Assembly (NCBI GenBank): GCA_910584285.1
Contig: CAJTYK010000002.1
Location: 2,261 to 66,260 of the forward strand
DNA: 64,000 nucleotides
Direction: 5' to 3'
Origin: an uncultured Oscillospiraceae bacterium
GTDB taxonomy: Bacteria; Bacillota; Clostridia; Oscillospirales; Oscillospiraceae
Position numbers and translations under genes: made by a program. This document shows positions 26,888 to 36,333 of the stretch, one piece after another. The notes below the pieces were generated by a model. It saw only the letters and a list, made by a program, of their open reading frames with translations, had not been told where the DNA came from and searched no databases. The first letter of the stretch is position 1. The number at the start of each line of letters is the position of its first letter.

Positions 26888-27814
26888 ATGGATAAGAACA
26901 TGGTCGTCTCCGTCAACCCCCATATCTACGCATCCCAAACCACCCAGACAATCATGCGGGACGTGCTCATCGCCCTGTTCCCCGCCGTCATCGCGTCTAT
27001 CGTGTTCTTCGGGATCCAGGCGCTGCTGGTGGAAGTGGTGTGCGTGGCGGTGGCCGTGCTGTGCGAGTGGGCCTTTGAGAAGATCACCCACCGGCCCGTC
27101 ACCATCACCGACCTGTCCGCAGCCGTCACCGGCCTGCTGCTGGCCCTGAACCTGCCGGTGGATATCCCCCTGTGGCAGGCGGTGTTCGGTGCCTTCGTGG
27201 CCATCGTGGTGGTGAAGCAGTTCTTCGGCGGCATCGGCCAGAACTTCGCCAACCCCGCCATCACCGCCCGCGTCATCATGCTGGTGGCCTTTTCCGGCAC
27301 CATGACCGCCTGGGCTATCCCCGCCTTTACCGATGTCACCTCCTCCGCCACCCCCCTGGCCGTCCTGAGCGGGGCGGAGGGCCAGCTGCCCACCCTGGGC
27401 CAGATGTTCCTGGGCGCCCGGGGCGGCTCCATGGGTGAGACCTCCTGCCTGGCCCTGCTCCTCGGTGGCATTTACCTGGTCTACCGCAAGGTCATCACCT
27501 GGCATACCCCCGTGGCCTTCATCGGCACCGTGCTGGTGTGCACCGCCCTGCTGGGGCAGGAGCCGCTGTACCAGGTGATGGCAGGCGGCCTGTTCATCGG
27601 CGCCATCTTCATGGCCACCGACTACACCACCTCCCCCCCCACCCCCGCCGGAAAGCTGATCTTCGGCCTGGGCTGCGGCCTCATCACCGTGCTCATCCGC
27701 GTGTGGGGCAACTACCCGGAGGGCGTGTCCTTCTCCATCCTGCTGATGAACATTTTGAACCCCTACATCTGTGAGTGGACGAAAACCAAGCCGTTTGGAG
27801 GTGTTCAGGCATGA
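26888..27814 (+). CDS. rnfD: Rnf complex subunit D
   Basis: 308-aa polytopic protein with an NqrB/RnfD-like sequence (ATPLA, FMATDYTTSP). Confidence 0.93.
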   Translation: MDKNMVVSVNPHIYASQTTQTIMRDVLIALFPAVIASIVFFGIQALLVEVVCVAVAVLCEWAFEKITHRPVTITDLSAAVTGLLLALNLPVDIPLWQAVFGAFVAIVVVKQFFGGIGQNFANPAITARVIMLVAFSGTMTAWAIPAFTDVTSSATPLAVLSGAEGQLPTLGQMFLGARGGSMGETSCLALLLGGIYLVYRKVITWHTPVAFIGTVLVCTALLGQEPLYQVMAGGLFIGAIFMATDYTTSPPTPAGKLIFGLGCGLITVLIRVWGNYPEGVSFSILLMNILNPYICEWTKTKPFGGVQA

Positions 27815-28371
27815 CAAAAGCGAAATCCAATGTGGTCAGCGACTTTGTGGCCCCCATCGCCGTGCTGGTGATCATCTGCGTGGTGATGAGCTGCCTGCTG
27901 GCCCTCACCAACAACGCCACCGCCCCCATCATTGAGGAGGCAGAGCGCAAGGCCAAGGAGGAGGCCCGGCTGGAGGTGCTCCCCGGCGCCGACAGCTTCG
28001 AGCAGCTGAACGTGGACGGCCTGCCCGACGCGGTCACCGAGGTCTACAAGGCTGCCAACGGCGCGGGCTACACCTTCTCCCTCAAGGCCCAGGGCTACGG
28101 CGGCAAGGGCACGCTGAACCTGACCGTGGGCATCGACATGGACGGCAAGATCACCGGCACCAAGGTGCTCAGTCACAGCGAGACGGTGGGCCTGGGTTCC
28201 AAGATCACCAACGACGAGTTCAAAAACCAGTTCCCCGGCAAGGACGCCTCCTACGTGTCCGATATCAAGAACATCGACACCATCAGCGGCGCCACCCGTT
28301 CCTCCAACTTCTACCGCCTGGCATTGACCTATGCCTTTGAAGCCTTCGACATGGTAAAGGAGGCCGCCTGA
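27811..28371 (+). CDS. rnfG: Rnf complex subunit G (FMN-binding)
   Basis: ATG 27811 overlaps the rnfD stop (ATGA). FMN-binding SGATRSS motif. The ORF-track start is 27775. Confidence 0.9.
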   Translation: MTKAKSNVVSDFVAPIAVLVIICVVMSCLLALTNNATAPIIEEAERKAKEEARLEVLPGADSFEQLNVDGLPDAVTEVYKAANGAGYTFSLKAQGYGGKGTLNLTVGIDMDGKITGTKVLSHSETVGLGSKITNDEFKNQFPGKDASYVSDIKNIDTISGATRSSNFYRLALTYAFEAFDMVKEAA

Positions 28372-28372
28372 T

Positions 28373-29068
28373 ATGAATAACAACAAGCTGAAAATCCTCA
28401 CCAACGGCATCATCAAGGAGAACCCCATCCTGGTGCTCATCCTGGGCACCTGCCCCTTCCTGGCGGTCACCACCCAGGCCTCCAACGCCATCGGCATGGG
28501 CGCGGCGGTCACCTTCGTGCTGCTGTGCTCCAACATCATGATCTCCCTGCTGCGCAAGGTGATCTCCGACAAGGTGCGTATCCCCTGTTACATCGTGGTC
28601 ATCGCCTCCTTCGTCACCCTGGTGCAGATGATCGTCAAGGCCTACCTGCCCGACCTGGACAAGGCCCTGGGCCTGTACCTGCCCCTCATCGTGGTGAACT
28701 GCATCATCCTGGGCCGGGCGGAGATGTTCGCCAACAAGAACACCCCCCTGGACTCCGCCCTGGACGCCATCGGCATGGGCGTGGGCTACACGCTGGCCAT
28801 GCTGGCGATGGCGAGTATCCGCGAGATCTTCGGCGCAGGCACCTGGTTCGGCATCCCCGTCCCCGTGCTGGCGGACAACAACATCTCCATCATGACCATG
28901 GCCCCCGGCGGCTTCGCCATCTTCGGCATTTTGATCGCCATCATCAACAAGGCCAGCAACGGCAAGGCCATCAAGAAGAAGGACTTCAGCTGCGAGGGCT
29001 GCCCCAGCGCCGCCGCGTGCAACGGGCAGAACTGCGCTGAGAAGAAGAAGGAGGCTGCCGCGAAATGA
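28373..29068 (+). CDS. rnfE: Rnf complex subunit E
   Basis: 231-aa NqrD/RnfE-like membrane protein. Confidence 0.92.
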   Translation: MNNNKLKILTNGIIKENPILVLILGTCPFLAVTTQASNAIGMGAAVTFVLLCSNIMISLLRKVISDKVRIPCYIVVIASFVTLVQMIVKAYLPDLDKALGLYLPLIVVNCIILGRAEMFANKNTPLDSALDAIGMGVGYTLAMLAMASIREIFGAGTWFGIPVPVLADNNISIMTMAPGGFAIFGILIAIINKASNGKAIKKKDFSCEGCPSAAACNGQNCAEKKKEAAAK

Positions 29069-29676
29069 AAGAGTTATTAGCCATCGTCATGGCGGCCGTT
29101 CTGGTAAACAACTACGTGCTGGCCCAGTTCCTGGGCATCTGCCCCTTCCTGGGCGTGTCCAAGAAGCTGGATCAGGCCGCCGGCATGAGCGTGGCCGTCA
29201 TCTTCGTCATGGTGCTGGCCACCGCCGTCACCTACCCCATCCAGCACTTCATCCTGGACAAGAACAACCTGGGCTACCTCCAGACCATCGTGTTTATCCT
29301 GGTGATCGCCGCCCTGGTGCAGCTGGTGGAGATCATCCTGAAGAAGTACATCCCCGCGCTGCACGCCTCCCTGGGCGTGTACCTGCCCCTGATCACCACC
29401 AACTGCGCGGTGCTGGGCGTGTGCATCAGCAACGTGGACAACTACATGGGCGTCACCGCCTTCGGCGGCTCCTTCGTCCAGGCGCTGTTCAACGCCCTGG
29501 GCTCCGGCCTGGGCTTCCTGCTGGCCATGGTGCTGTTCTCCGGCGTGCGCAGCCGGGTGGACAAGTGCAAGTGCCCCGAGTGCTTCAAGGGGATGCCCAT
29601 CACCCTGATCTCCGCGGCCATCGTGTCCGTGTCCTTCATGGGCTTCGCCGGCCTCGTGGAAAACCTGCTGGGTTAA
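29065..29676 (+). CDS. rnfA: Rnf complex subunit A
   Basis: 203-aa NqrE/RnfA-like membrane protein. Overlaps rnfE by 4 nt. Confidence 0.92.
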   Translation: MKELLAIVMAAVLVNNYVLAQFLGICPFLGVSKKLDQAAGMSVAVIFVMVLATAVTYPIQHFILDKNNLGYLQTIVFILVIAALVQLVEIILKKYIPALHASLGVYLPLITTNCAVLGVCISNVDNYMGVTAFGGSFVQALFNALGSGLGFLLAMVLFSGVRSRVDKCKCPECFKGMPITLISAAIVSVSFMGFAGLVENLLG

Positions 29677-29689
29677 GGAGGGGAAGCGT

Positions 29690-30511
29690 ATGAATCCGAT
29701 TGTTATTGCGATTTTGGTGGTGGGTATCATCGGCCTGCTGTGTGCCGTGATGCTGACCATCGCCTCCAAGTTCATGGCAGTGGAGGTGGACGAGCGCATC
29801 CCCCAGGTGCGGGAATGCCTGCCCGGCGCCAACTGCGGCGCCTGCGGCTTCGCCGGGTGCGACGGATATGCCGCCGCCCTGGTGGAGGATCCGGATCTGT
29901 CCGTCAGCCTGTGCGTCCCCGGCGGGGCCACCGCCGCCGCCAGCATCGGCAAGGTGCTGGGCCGGGAGGCCGGCGACGTGGCCAAGCAGGTGGCTGAGGT
30001 GCGCTGCTCCGGCACCTGTGAGGCCACCTCCGTGAAGATGGACTACAAGGGCCTGGAGAGCTGCGCCGCCGCCAAGCTGCTGTTCGGCGGCACAGGCAAG
30101 TGCGTCTACGGCTGCATCGGCCTGGGTGACTGCGCCCAGGTGTGCCCTGTGTCCGCCATCCACATCAACGGCGGGCTGGCCCGAGTGGACGCCAGCGTGT
30201 GCATCGGCTGCGGCCTGTGCGCCAAGACCTGCCCCAACGGCGTCATCGCCATCCGTCCCGCCGACGCCCACATGGTGGTGGACTGCAACAGCCACCAGAA
30301 GGGCGCGGGCACCCGCAAGAGCTGCTCCGCGGGCTGCATCGGCTGCCAGCTGTGCGAGAAGAACTGCCACACCGGGGCCATCACCGTCACCGACAACCTG
30401 GCGAGCATTGACTACGCCAAGTGCGACGGCTGCGGGAAGTGCATCGAGGTGTGTAAGGCCGGCTGCCTGGTGGCGTTGAACATCACCAAGGCCGAGGTCG
30501 TCAACGGCTGA
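29690..30511 (+). CDS. rnfB: Rnf complex subunit B (polyferredoxin)
   Basis: 273 aa with an N-terminal anchor and multiple 4Fe-4S Cys motifs. Confidence 0.92.
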   Translation: MNPIVIAILVVGIIGLLCAVMLTIASKFMAVEVDERIPQVRECLPGANCGACGFAGCDGYAAALVEDPDLSVSLCVPGGATAAASIGKVLGREAGDVAKQVAEVRCSGTCEATSVKMDYKGLESCAAAKLLFGGTGKCVYGCIGLGDCAQVCPVSAIHINGGLARVDASVCIGCGLCAKTCPNGVIAIRPADAHMVVDCNSHQKGAGTRKSCSAGCIGCQLCEKNCHTGAITVTDNLASIDYAKCDGCGKCIEVCKAGCLVALNITKAEVVNG

Positions 30512-30526
30512 TAAGAGCAAACCAGA

Positions 30527-30554
30527 GGCACGGCGGGCCTTTGCCCGCCGTGCC
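30527..30554 (+). terminator. GC hairpin after rnfB (terminator-like, no U-tract)
   Basis: GGCACGGCGGGC pairs with GCCCGCCGTGCC around a CTTT loop. Confidence 0.5.
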
Positions 30555-30616
30555 CCGAAGTATGGGCGGGGGAAGGCCGTGAGGCCCTCCCTCCGTTGCG
30601 GTTTTGGAGGAATTTT

Positions 30617-30994
30617 GTGGAGTGGTTGAAAACCCATCGGAATGATGCTATACTGATTGCCACCCTGCTGCTGGCAGGGGGGGCGCTGCTGCTGTGGCTG
30701 GGGCTCACCCGGCAGATCGGAGGCGTGGCCCGGGTGCAGATCGACGGCGAGACAGTGATGGAGCTGCCCCTCAGCCAGGACGCTCGAGTGGAGTTAGGCG
30801 AGCCGGGCCACGGCAACACCCTCGTGATCGAAAACGGCGCGGCCCAAGTGATTGCCGCCGACTGCCCCGATCAGGTGTGCGTGCGGCAGGGCGCGGTGCG
30901 CTATAACGGAGAGTCCATCGTCTGCCTGCCCCATAAGCTCATCGTCTCCATTGAGGGGGGCGGGTCAAACGGCGTGGACGGCTCCACAAACTGA
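30617..30994 (+). CDS. NusG domain II-containing membrane-anchored protein
   Basis: GTG 30617 lies 6 nt after GGAGG. One TM segment, then the VQIDGETVMELPL and CPDQVCV..G...CLPHKLIV patterns typical of NusG_II proteins that precede Gx transporters. Confidence 0.65.
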   Translation: MEWLKTHRNDAILIATLLLAGGALLLWLGLTRQIGGVARVQIDGETVMELPLSQDARVELGEPGHGNTLVIENGAAQVIAADCPDQVCVRQGAVRYNGESIVCLPHKLIVSIEGGGSNGVDGSTN

Positions 30995-31120
30995 TAGGGC
31001 CCCCGCGAAAGCCCAGCGGAGCGGGTTTCGTGGGGAGAGGAGAAGCAAGGGAGCGAAGGGAGCTTTCCCCGCAGGGGGAAGCGGAGTGGAGCGGACTTTG
31101 CTTTGACGAAGGGGGAACAA

Positions 31121-31609
31121 ATGAAAGCGTCGAAAGTGGCCCAGTACGGGTTGTTGACCGCCCTGGCCCTGGTGCTGTCCTATCTGGAATCGCTGGTGCC
31201 CCCCCTGTGGGTGCCGGGGGTGAAGCTGGGCCTGCCCAACCTTGCCATCGTGTTCGCTCTGTACCGCCTGGGCTGGCGGGACGCCTGCGTGATCTCGCTG
31301 GTGCGGGTGGTGCTGGTGGCCCTGTTGTTCGGTAACGGGGCGGCGCTGGCCTACAGTGTGGCCGGGGCGGCGCTGAGCCTGTCCCTCATGGGTCTGCTGA
31401 AGCGGACGGGGAAATTCTCCTCGGTGGGCGTCAGCGTGGCCGGGGGCGTGGCCCATAACGCGGGGCAGATTGCCGTTGCCATGGCCCTGCTGGAGACGGC
31501 AAGGCTGGCGTGGTATCTGCCGGTGCTGTGGATCTCGGGCACCATCGCCGGGGTGCTCATCGGGATCGTGTCCGGCGAGTTGGTGAAGCGGGTGCCGGAG
31601 AAAAAATGA
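31121..31609 (+). CDS. Gx transporter family protein (heptaprenyl diphosphate synthase component I-like, PF07456)
   Basis: ATG 31121 follows GGGGG. LLTALALVLSYLE, GVKLGLPN and GGVAHNAGQ motifs. Confidence 0.7.
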   Translation: MKASKVAQYGLLTALALVLSYLESLVPPLWVPGVKLGLPNLAIVFALYRLGWRDACVISLVRVVLVALLFGNGAALAYSVAGAALSLSLMGLLKRTGKFSSVGVSVAGGVAHNAGQIAVAMALLETARLAWYLPVLWISGTIAGVLIGIVSGELVKRVPEKK

Positions 31610-31619
31610 GGTGATCGAG

Positions 31620-31817
31620 ATGACGAAGAAGCTGAAGAAAAGCACCGTTGATCTGATCCGCGCCGCTCTGTTCGCGGTCTGCGCTTTGACCTGGCTTCCC
31701 GACTGGCCGGTGGAGCGGGCGGGCGGGCTTCGGATTGTCCTCCCCATCGTCTGCGCCGCCATTGCTGTTTGGAACCTGATCCGGTATTTCAAAGGCCACG
31801 AAGCGGAACGCGGGTAA
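31620..31817 (+). CDS. 65-aa two-TM micro membrane protein (paralogue 1)
   Basis: The translation-initiation context TGAGGTGATCGAGATGA is shared with the next gene. Two hydrophobic segments and a basic C-terminus. Confidence 0.5.
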   Translation: MTKKLKKSTVDLIRAALFAVCALTWLPDWPVERAGGLRIVLPIVCAAIAVWNLIRYFKGHEAERG

Positions 31818-31833
31818 GCGTGAGGTGATCGAA

Positions 31834-32037
31834 ATGAAGAAGGGTGCATTTCATCTGATTATGTTTGTAATATGCGGGCTGGGTGCGGTGGGATGGATCG
31901 CAAATTGTGTGAAGGATTTTGCATACCGGACGCCGGGGACTGTGGACGCCTGGAACATCGTCCTCGCTGTTATCTGGAGCGCCGCCTTCGCGGTGCACCT
32001 TTACGGATATGTCAGCCAACGCAAGAAGGGAAAATAA
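31834..32037 (+). CDS. 67-aa two-TM micro membrane protein (paralogue 2)
   Basis: TGAGGTGATCGAAATGA context and the same two-TM plus basic-tail architecture. Confidence 0.5.
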   Translation: MKKGAFHLIMFVICGLGAVGWIANCVKDFAYRTPGTVDAWNIVLAVIWSAAFAVHLYGYVSQRKKGK

Positions 32038-32050
32038 GGAGGTTCTGCAC

Positions 32051-32719
32051 ATGAATTTGAACACAACCGGGCTGTTTGACCTGAGCCATACCCTGGCCGG
32101 GGACTACCTGGCCCGCTTTGCATACCCCTGGCAGGCCCTGGACGGTATCAAGGAGCTGATCCTCACTCTGGGCCCCGCCCTGGGGAACGACTACGAGGAG
32201 CGCGCCCCCCAGGTGTGGGTGCACGAGACGGCCAAAATCGCCCCCACCGCCTTTCTGGGCGCGCCCTGCATCATCGGCCCGAGCACCGAGGTGCGCCACT
32301 GCGCCTTTATCCGGGGCTCCGCCCTGGTGGGGGCGGGGTGCGTGGTGGGCAATTCGGTGGAGCTGAAAAACGTGATTTTGTTTGACAACGTGCAAACCCC
32401 CCACTATAACTATGTGGGCGATTCCATCCTGGGCTACAAGAGCCACATGGGGGCGGGCTCCATCACCTCCAACGTGAAGTCGGACAAAACCCTCGTCACC
32501 GTGAAAAGCCAGGGGGAAGCCATCGAAACGGGCCGGAAGAAGTTCGGGGCCATCCTGGGCGATTGGGTGGAGGTAGGCTGCAACAGCGTGCTCAACCCAG
32601 GCACAGTGATCGGTCCCCACAGCAACGTCTATCCCCTGTCCTGCGTCCGGGGCGTCGTCCCGGCGGACAGCATCTATAAGACCGGGGGCGTCATCGTCCC
32701 CAAGCGGAAGGGAGACTGA
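32051..32719 (+). CDS. left-handed beta-helix (hexapeptide repeat) acyltransferase, GlmU C-terminal-domain-like
   Basis: ATG 32051 follows AAGGAGG. Hexapeptide repeats (IGPSTEVRHCAFIRGSALVGAGCVVGNSVELKN...). Immediately upstream of glmM. The ORF-track start is 31919. Confidence 0.7.
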   Translation: MNLNTTGLFDLSHTLAGDYLARFAYPWQALDGIKELILTLGPALGNDYEERAPQVWVHETAKIAPTAFLGAPCIIGPSTEVRHCAFIRGSALVGAGCVVGNSVELKNVILFDNVQTPHYNYVGDSILGYKSHMGAGSITSNVKSDKTLVTVKSQGEAIETGRKKFGAILGDWVEVGCNSVLNPGTVIGPHSNVYPLSCVRGVVPADSIYKTGGVIVPKRKGD

Positions 32720-32721
32720 CT

Positions 32722-34092
32722 ATGGGCAAATATTTTGGCACCGACGGCTTCCGGGGCAAGGCCAACGTGGAGCTCACCGCCCACCACGCCTATGAGGTGG
32801 GCCGCTTCCTGGGCTGGTACTACGGCCGGGGCGGGGAGCGGGCCCGCATCGTGGTGGGCAAGGACACCCGCCGCTCCAGCTATATGCTGGAGTACGCCAT
32901 CAGCGCGGGCATGGCCGCCTCCGGGGCGGATGTGTATCTGCTCCACGTCACCACCACCCCCTCCGTGTCCTACGTCACCCGGACGGACGGCTTCGACTGC
33001 GGCGTGATGATCTCCGCCTCCCACAACCCCTACTACGACAACGGCATCAAGCTGATGAACCGGGAGGGGGAGAAGATGGACGAGGGCACCATCCGGCTGG
33101 TGGAGGACTACCTGGACGGCAATCTGTCCGTGGACGGGCAGGCCCTGCCCAAGCTGCCCTTCGCCACCGGCGAGGGGATCGGCAGCATCGTGGATCACAC
33201 CGCGGGCCGCAACCGGTACATGGGCTACCTGATCTCGCTGGCGGTGTACTCCTTCCGGGGAAAGCGGATCGCCCTGGACTGCGCCAACGGCTCCGCCTGG
33301 AGCATCGCTCCCAACGTGTTTCGCTCTTTAGGCGCGGACGTGCACGTCATTAACGACCGCCCGGACGGGCTGAACATCAACCTGGACGCGGGCTCCACCC
33401 ACATCGACGGGCTGAAGCAGTACGTGAAGGATCACGGCTGCGACGCAGGCTTCGCCTTTGACGGGGACGCGGATCGCTGCCTGGCCGTGGACGAAAACGG
33501 CAACCTGGTGGACGGCGACCAGATCATGTACCTGTACGGCCTGTATATGAAGGAGCGGGGCAAGCTGCTCACCAACACGGTGGTGACCACCGTCATGTCC
33601 AACTTTGGGCTGTACAAGGCGCTGGACGCGGCGGGGATCGATTACGTCAAGACCGCCGTGGGGGATAAGTACGTCTACGAGGACATGGTGAAGAACGGCC
33701 GCCGCCTGGGCGGCGAGCAGTCGGGGCACATCATCTTCTCCAAGTATGCCCGGACGGGGGACGGCATCCTCACCGCCCTGAAGGTGATGGAGGTGATGAT
33801 GGCCAAGAAGGAGACGCTGAGCCGCCTGGCGGAGCCGGTAACCATCTACCCGCAGGTGTTGATCAACGTGCGGGTGAAGGACAAAAAAACCGCCCAGGAC
33901 GACCCGGCTGTCCAGGCGGCGGTGCAGGCCGTGGCGGACGAGCTGGGGGACACGGGCCGGATCCTGGTGCGGGAGTCCGGCACCGAGCCGCTGGTGCGGG
34001 TGATGGTGGAGGCGCCGGAGAAGGGCCTGTGCCAGGCCCTGGCCCAGGGGGTGGTGGATGTGATCCTTGCCCAGGGGCACGGGGCGGAATAA
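32722..34092 (+). CDS. glmM: phosphoglucosamine mutase
   Basis: 456 aa. Active-site block GVMISASHNP and GEQSGH. Confidence 0.95.
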   Translation: MGKYFGTDGFRGKANVELTAHHAYEVGRFLGWYYGRGGERARIVVGKDTRRSSYMLEYAISAGMAASGADVYLLHVTTTPSVSYVTRTDGFDCGVMISASHNPYYDNGIKLMNREGEKMDEGTIRLVEDYLDGNLSVDGQALPKLPFATGEGIGSIVDHTAGRNRYMGYLISLAVYSFRGKRIALDCANGSAWSIAPNVFRSLGADVHVINDRPDGLNINLDAGSTHIDGLKQYVKDHGCDAGFAFDGDADRCLAVDENGNLVDGDQIMYLYGLYMKERGKLLTNTVVTTVMSNFGLYKALDAAGIDYVKTAVGDKYVYEDMVKNGRRLGGEQSGHIIFSKYARTGDGILTALKVMEVMMAKKETLSRLAEPVTIYPQVLINVRVKDKKTAQDDPAVQAAVQAVADELGDTGRILVRESGTEPLVRVMVEAPEKGLCQALAQGVVDVILAQGHGAE

Positions 34093-34093
34093 G

Positions 34094-34282
34094 GGCAGGG
34101 GTGCGGTCTCGCCTTCGGCTCGGTCGGCGCTGGACGAGCGCCACCGGCGCTCAGCGCCCTGCCGGGGGCGTTCCTTTCTGCTCGTGCAGAAAGGAACCGA
34201 AAGACACGCTTAAGGGGGAGACCGCCGGATCGCGCTTCGCGCTCAGGCGGTCTCCCCCTTAAGAATCCCCCTTTTACGGGGG
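34094..34282. repeat. array of perfect GC-rich hairpins after glmM
   Basis: Stems at 34126-34142, 34146-34158, 34170-34197 (12 bp), 34209-34264 (18-bp arms CTTAAGGGGGAGACCGCC / GGCGGTCTCCCCCTTAAG) and 34267-34282. Confidence 0.6.
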
Positions 34283-34687
34283 CCGTCAGATCGGAGGGTG
34301 GGTGGTACCCTTCCGGCGCGGAGCGGATACGGACGCGTGGATCCCTGTCGCCGCTGCCGCTGAGTGTGTGGGTACTGATTGTGGGTGGGATCCATATTCT
34401 GTGCGCCTGGGTGTTGGGTGGTGCTTCACGGGTGCGGGTCGGGCGCATTCTCCGTACCGGGCGGGGGAGCCGGAACCACCCAGGCGCCAACCGAGGGAAC
34501 CGCCTGGGTGCTGTCCCCACACACGGGCGGCAGCACCAATGGGGGAGAAGCCAGTCCAGTCTTTGCGCGCCGGTCACTTCCCCACCCCGCAAAATCGGCG
34601 TGCCCTTGACCTTAATGGGGGTTCTCAGGGGGAGGCCGTCCTGAGAGCGGGGGCCCCAAGGGCGGGCCCTCCAGGGGGTAAGGGGGA

Positions 34688-36283
34688 CTACCTGTCCCAC
34701 TTGGCAATAAGCGCCCGGATCTGATCCTCGAACTTGCCCAGATCCTTGTTGGAGCCGCCCCGGTTGTGGGCGATGACCTCCAACAGCTTCTGGCCCATAT
34801 CCTCCAGCCGGCGGTAGGCCGGGGAGCCCATGGGGGCCGCCGGGACCTTGGGCTCCAGCACGATGCCCGGGGCGATCAGGCGGTTATCCAGCAGGTCGTA
34901 GACCTCCTCATAATCAGGGGCGTGGACGGCAAAGCCCAGCTCCTTCAGGGTCTGGGTGTAGTTCTCCGCGGCCCGGGCCTCGCCGTGTACCACGAACACC
35001 TGCTTGGGCTTGGGGCTGAAGGCGCTGATCCAGCGCACCAGTCCGTCCCGGTCTGCGTGGGAGCTCAGGCCGTGGAAGCGGACGATCCGCGCCCGGACCG
35101 CCACCTCCTCCCCGAACAGACGCACCCGCTGGGCGCCGTCCAGAATCCGGCGGCCCAAGGAGCCGTCCGCCTGGTAGCCCACAAAGAGGATGGTGCACTC
35201 CGGTCGCCACAGATTGTGCTTCAGGTGGTGCCGGATGCGGCCCGCGTCGCACATGCCGGAGGCGGAGATGATCACCTTGGGGGTGGGGTCGGCGTTCAGC
35301 CCCCGGGATTCCTCGGTGCCCTCGGTGATGTTCAGCCCCGGGAAGCGGAACAGCGCCCCGCCCCGCAGGTGCTCAATGGCGTCCTCGTCCAAGTAGCCGG
35401 TGAGATCGCCGGAAAAGATCTCGGTGGCCGCCCCGGCCAGGGGGGAGTCCACGTACACCTGGAAGTCGGGGTTGTGGCGCACCAGCCCCTGCTCCTTGAT
35501 CTGGCGGATAAAGTACAGCAGCTCCTGGGTGCGGCCCACGGCGAAGGAGGGGATGATCAGGTTGCCCCCCTCAGCCATAGTCTCGTCAATGACCCGGGCC
35601 AGATCGTCGGCGTAGTTGGGCTTTTCCTTCACGTTGTGGAGCCGGTCGCCGTAGGTGCTCTCCGTCACCACATAGTCGGCGTCCGTGATGTACTGGGGAG
35701 CGCGGATGATGGGGGTTTTCCGGTTGCCGATGTCGCCGGAGAACACGATCTTCCGGGTCTCCTCCCCCTCGGTGAGCCAAAGCTCCGCGCAGGCGGAGCC
35801 CAGCAGGTGGCCCGCGTCGATAAACCGGGCCCGGATGCCGTCGGAGATCTGGAACTCCTGGCCGTACTCCATGGTGACCACGTGCCGCAGGGCCCGCTCC
35901 ACGTCCACGATGGTATACAGCGGCTCCACCGGGGGCTTGCCCGCCCGCTGGCCCTTCTGGTTCTCCCAGGCGGCGTCGCTCTCCTGGATGTGGGCGGAGT
36001 CCCGGAGCATGATGTCCAGCAGCTGGGCCGTCAGCCGGGTGCAGTAGATATTGCCCCGGAAGCCCTGCTTCACCAGCAGGGGGATACGCCCTGAGTGATC
36101 GATGTGGGCGTGTGTGACCACCATGTCGTCGATGAGGGAGGGGGCGAAATCCAGCTCGGCGTTGTCCCGCTCGTCCCGGCCCTGCTGCAGGCCGCAGTCC
36201 ACCAGCACCTTGTGGCCGTTGGCCTCCACACAGTGGCAGCTGCCGGTGACCGCCTTGGCCGCGCCGAAAAAGGTCAATTTCAT
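34688..36283 (-). CDS. MBL-fold metallo-hydrolase with beta-CASP/RNA-specificity domain
   Basis: ATG 36283 follows GAGGTG. HAHIDHSG motif and beta-CASP-type blocks. The ORF-track start is 36376. Confidence 0.8.
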   Translation of the reverse strand: MKLTFFGAAKAVTGSCHCVEANGHKVLVDCGLQQGRDERDNAELDFAPSLIDDMVVTHAHIDHSGRIPLLVKQGFRGNIYCTRLTAQLLDIMLRDSAHIQESDAAWENQKGQRAGKPPVEPLYTIVDVERALRHVVTMEYGQEFQISDGIRARFIDAGHLLGSACAELWLTEGEETRKIVFSGDIGNRKTPIIRAPQYITDADYVVTESTYGDRLHNVKEKPNYADDLARVIDETMAEGGNLIIPSFAVGRTQELLYFIRQIKEQGLVRHNPDFQVYVDSPLAGAATEIFSGDLTGYLDEDAIEHLRGGALFRFPGLNITEGTEESRGLNADPTPKVIISASGMCDAGRIRHHLKHNLWRPECTILFVGYQADGSLGRRILDGAQRVRLFGEEVAVRARIVRFHGLSSHADRDGLVRWISAFSPKPKQVFVVHGEARAAENYTQTLKELGFAVHAPDYEEVYDLLDNRLIAPGIVLEPKVPAAPMGSPAYRRLEDMGQKLLEVIAHNRGGSNKDLGKFEDQIRALIAKWDR

Positions 36284-36333
36284 CAAAAGGCACCTCGATT
36301 CTCTTTCCTGTCTTGTGCAGGTTCTATAATGGC

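Noticed and set aside
34300-34690. Tested whether the structured gap is RNase P RNA, tmRNA, SRP RNA, a glmS ribozyme or a c-di-AMP (ydaO) riboswitch.
   Set aside because: None of the invariant motifs I know appear on either strand. These are GAGGAAAGTCC / ACAGAACCCGGCTTA, TTCGA T-arm with CCACCA, GGAAGCAGC, and CAGCTAACCTCGTAAGCG. The region is kept only as an unclassified candidate.
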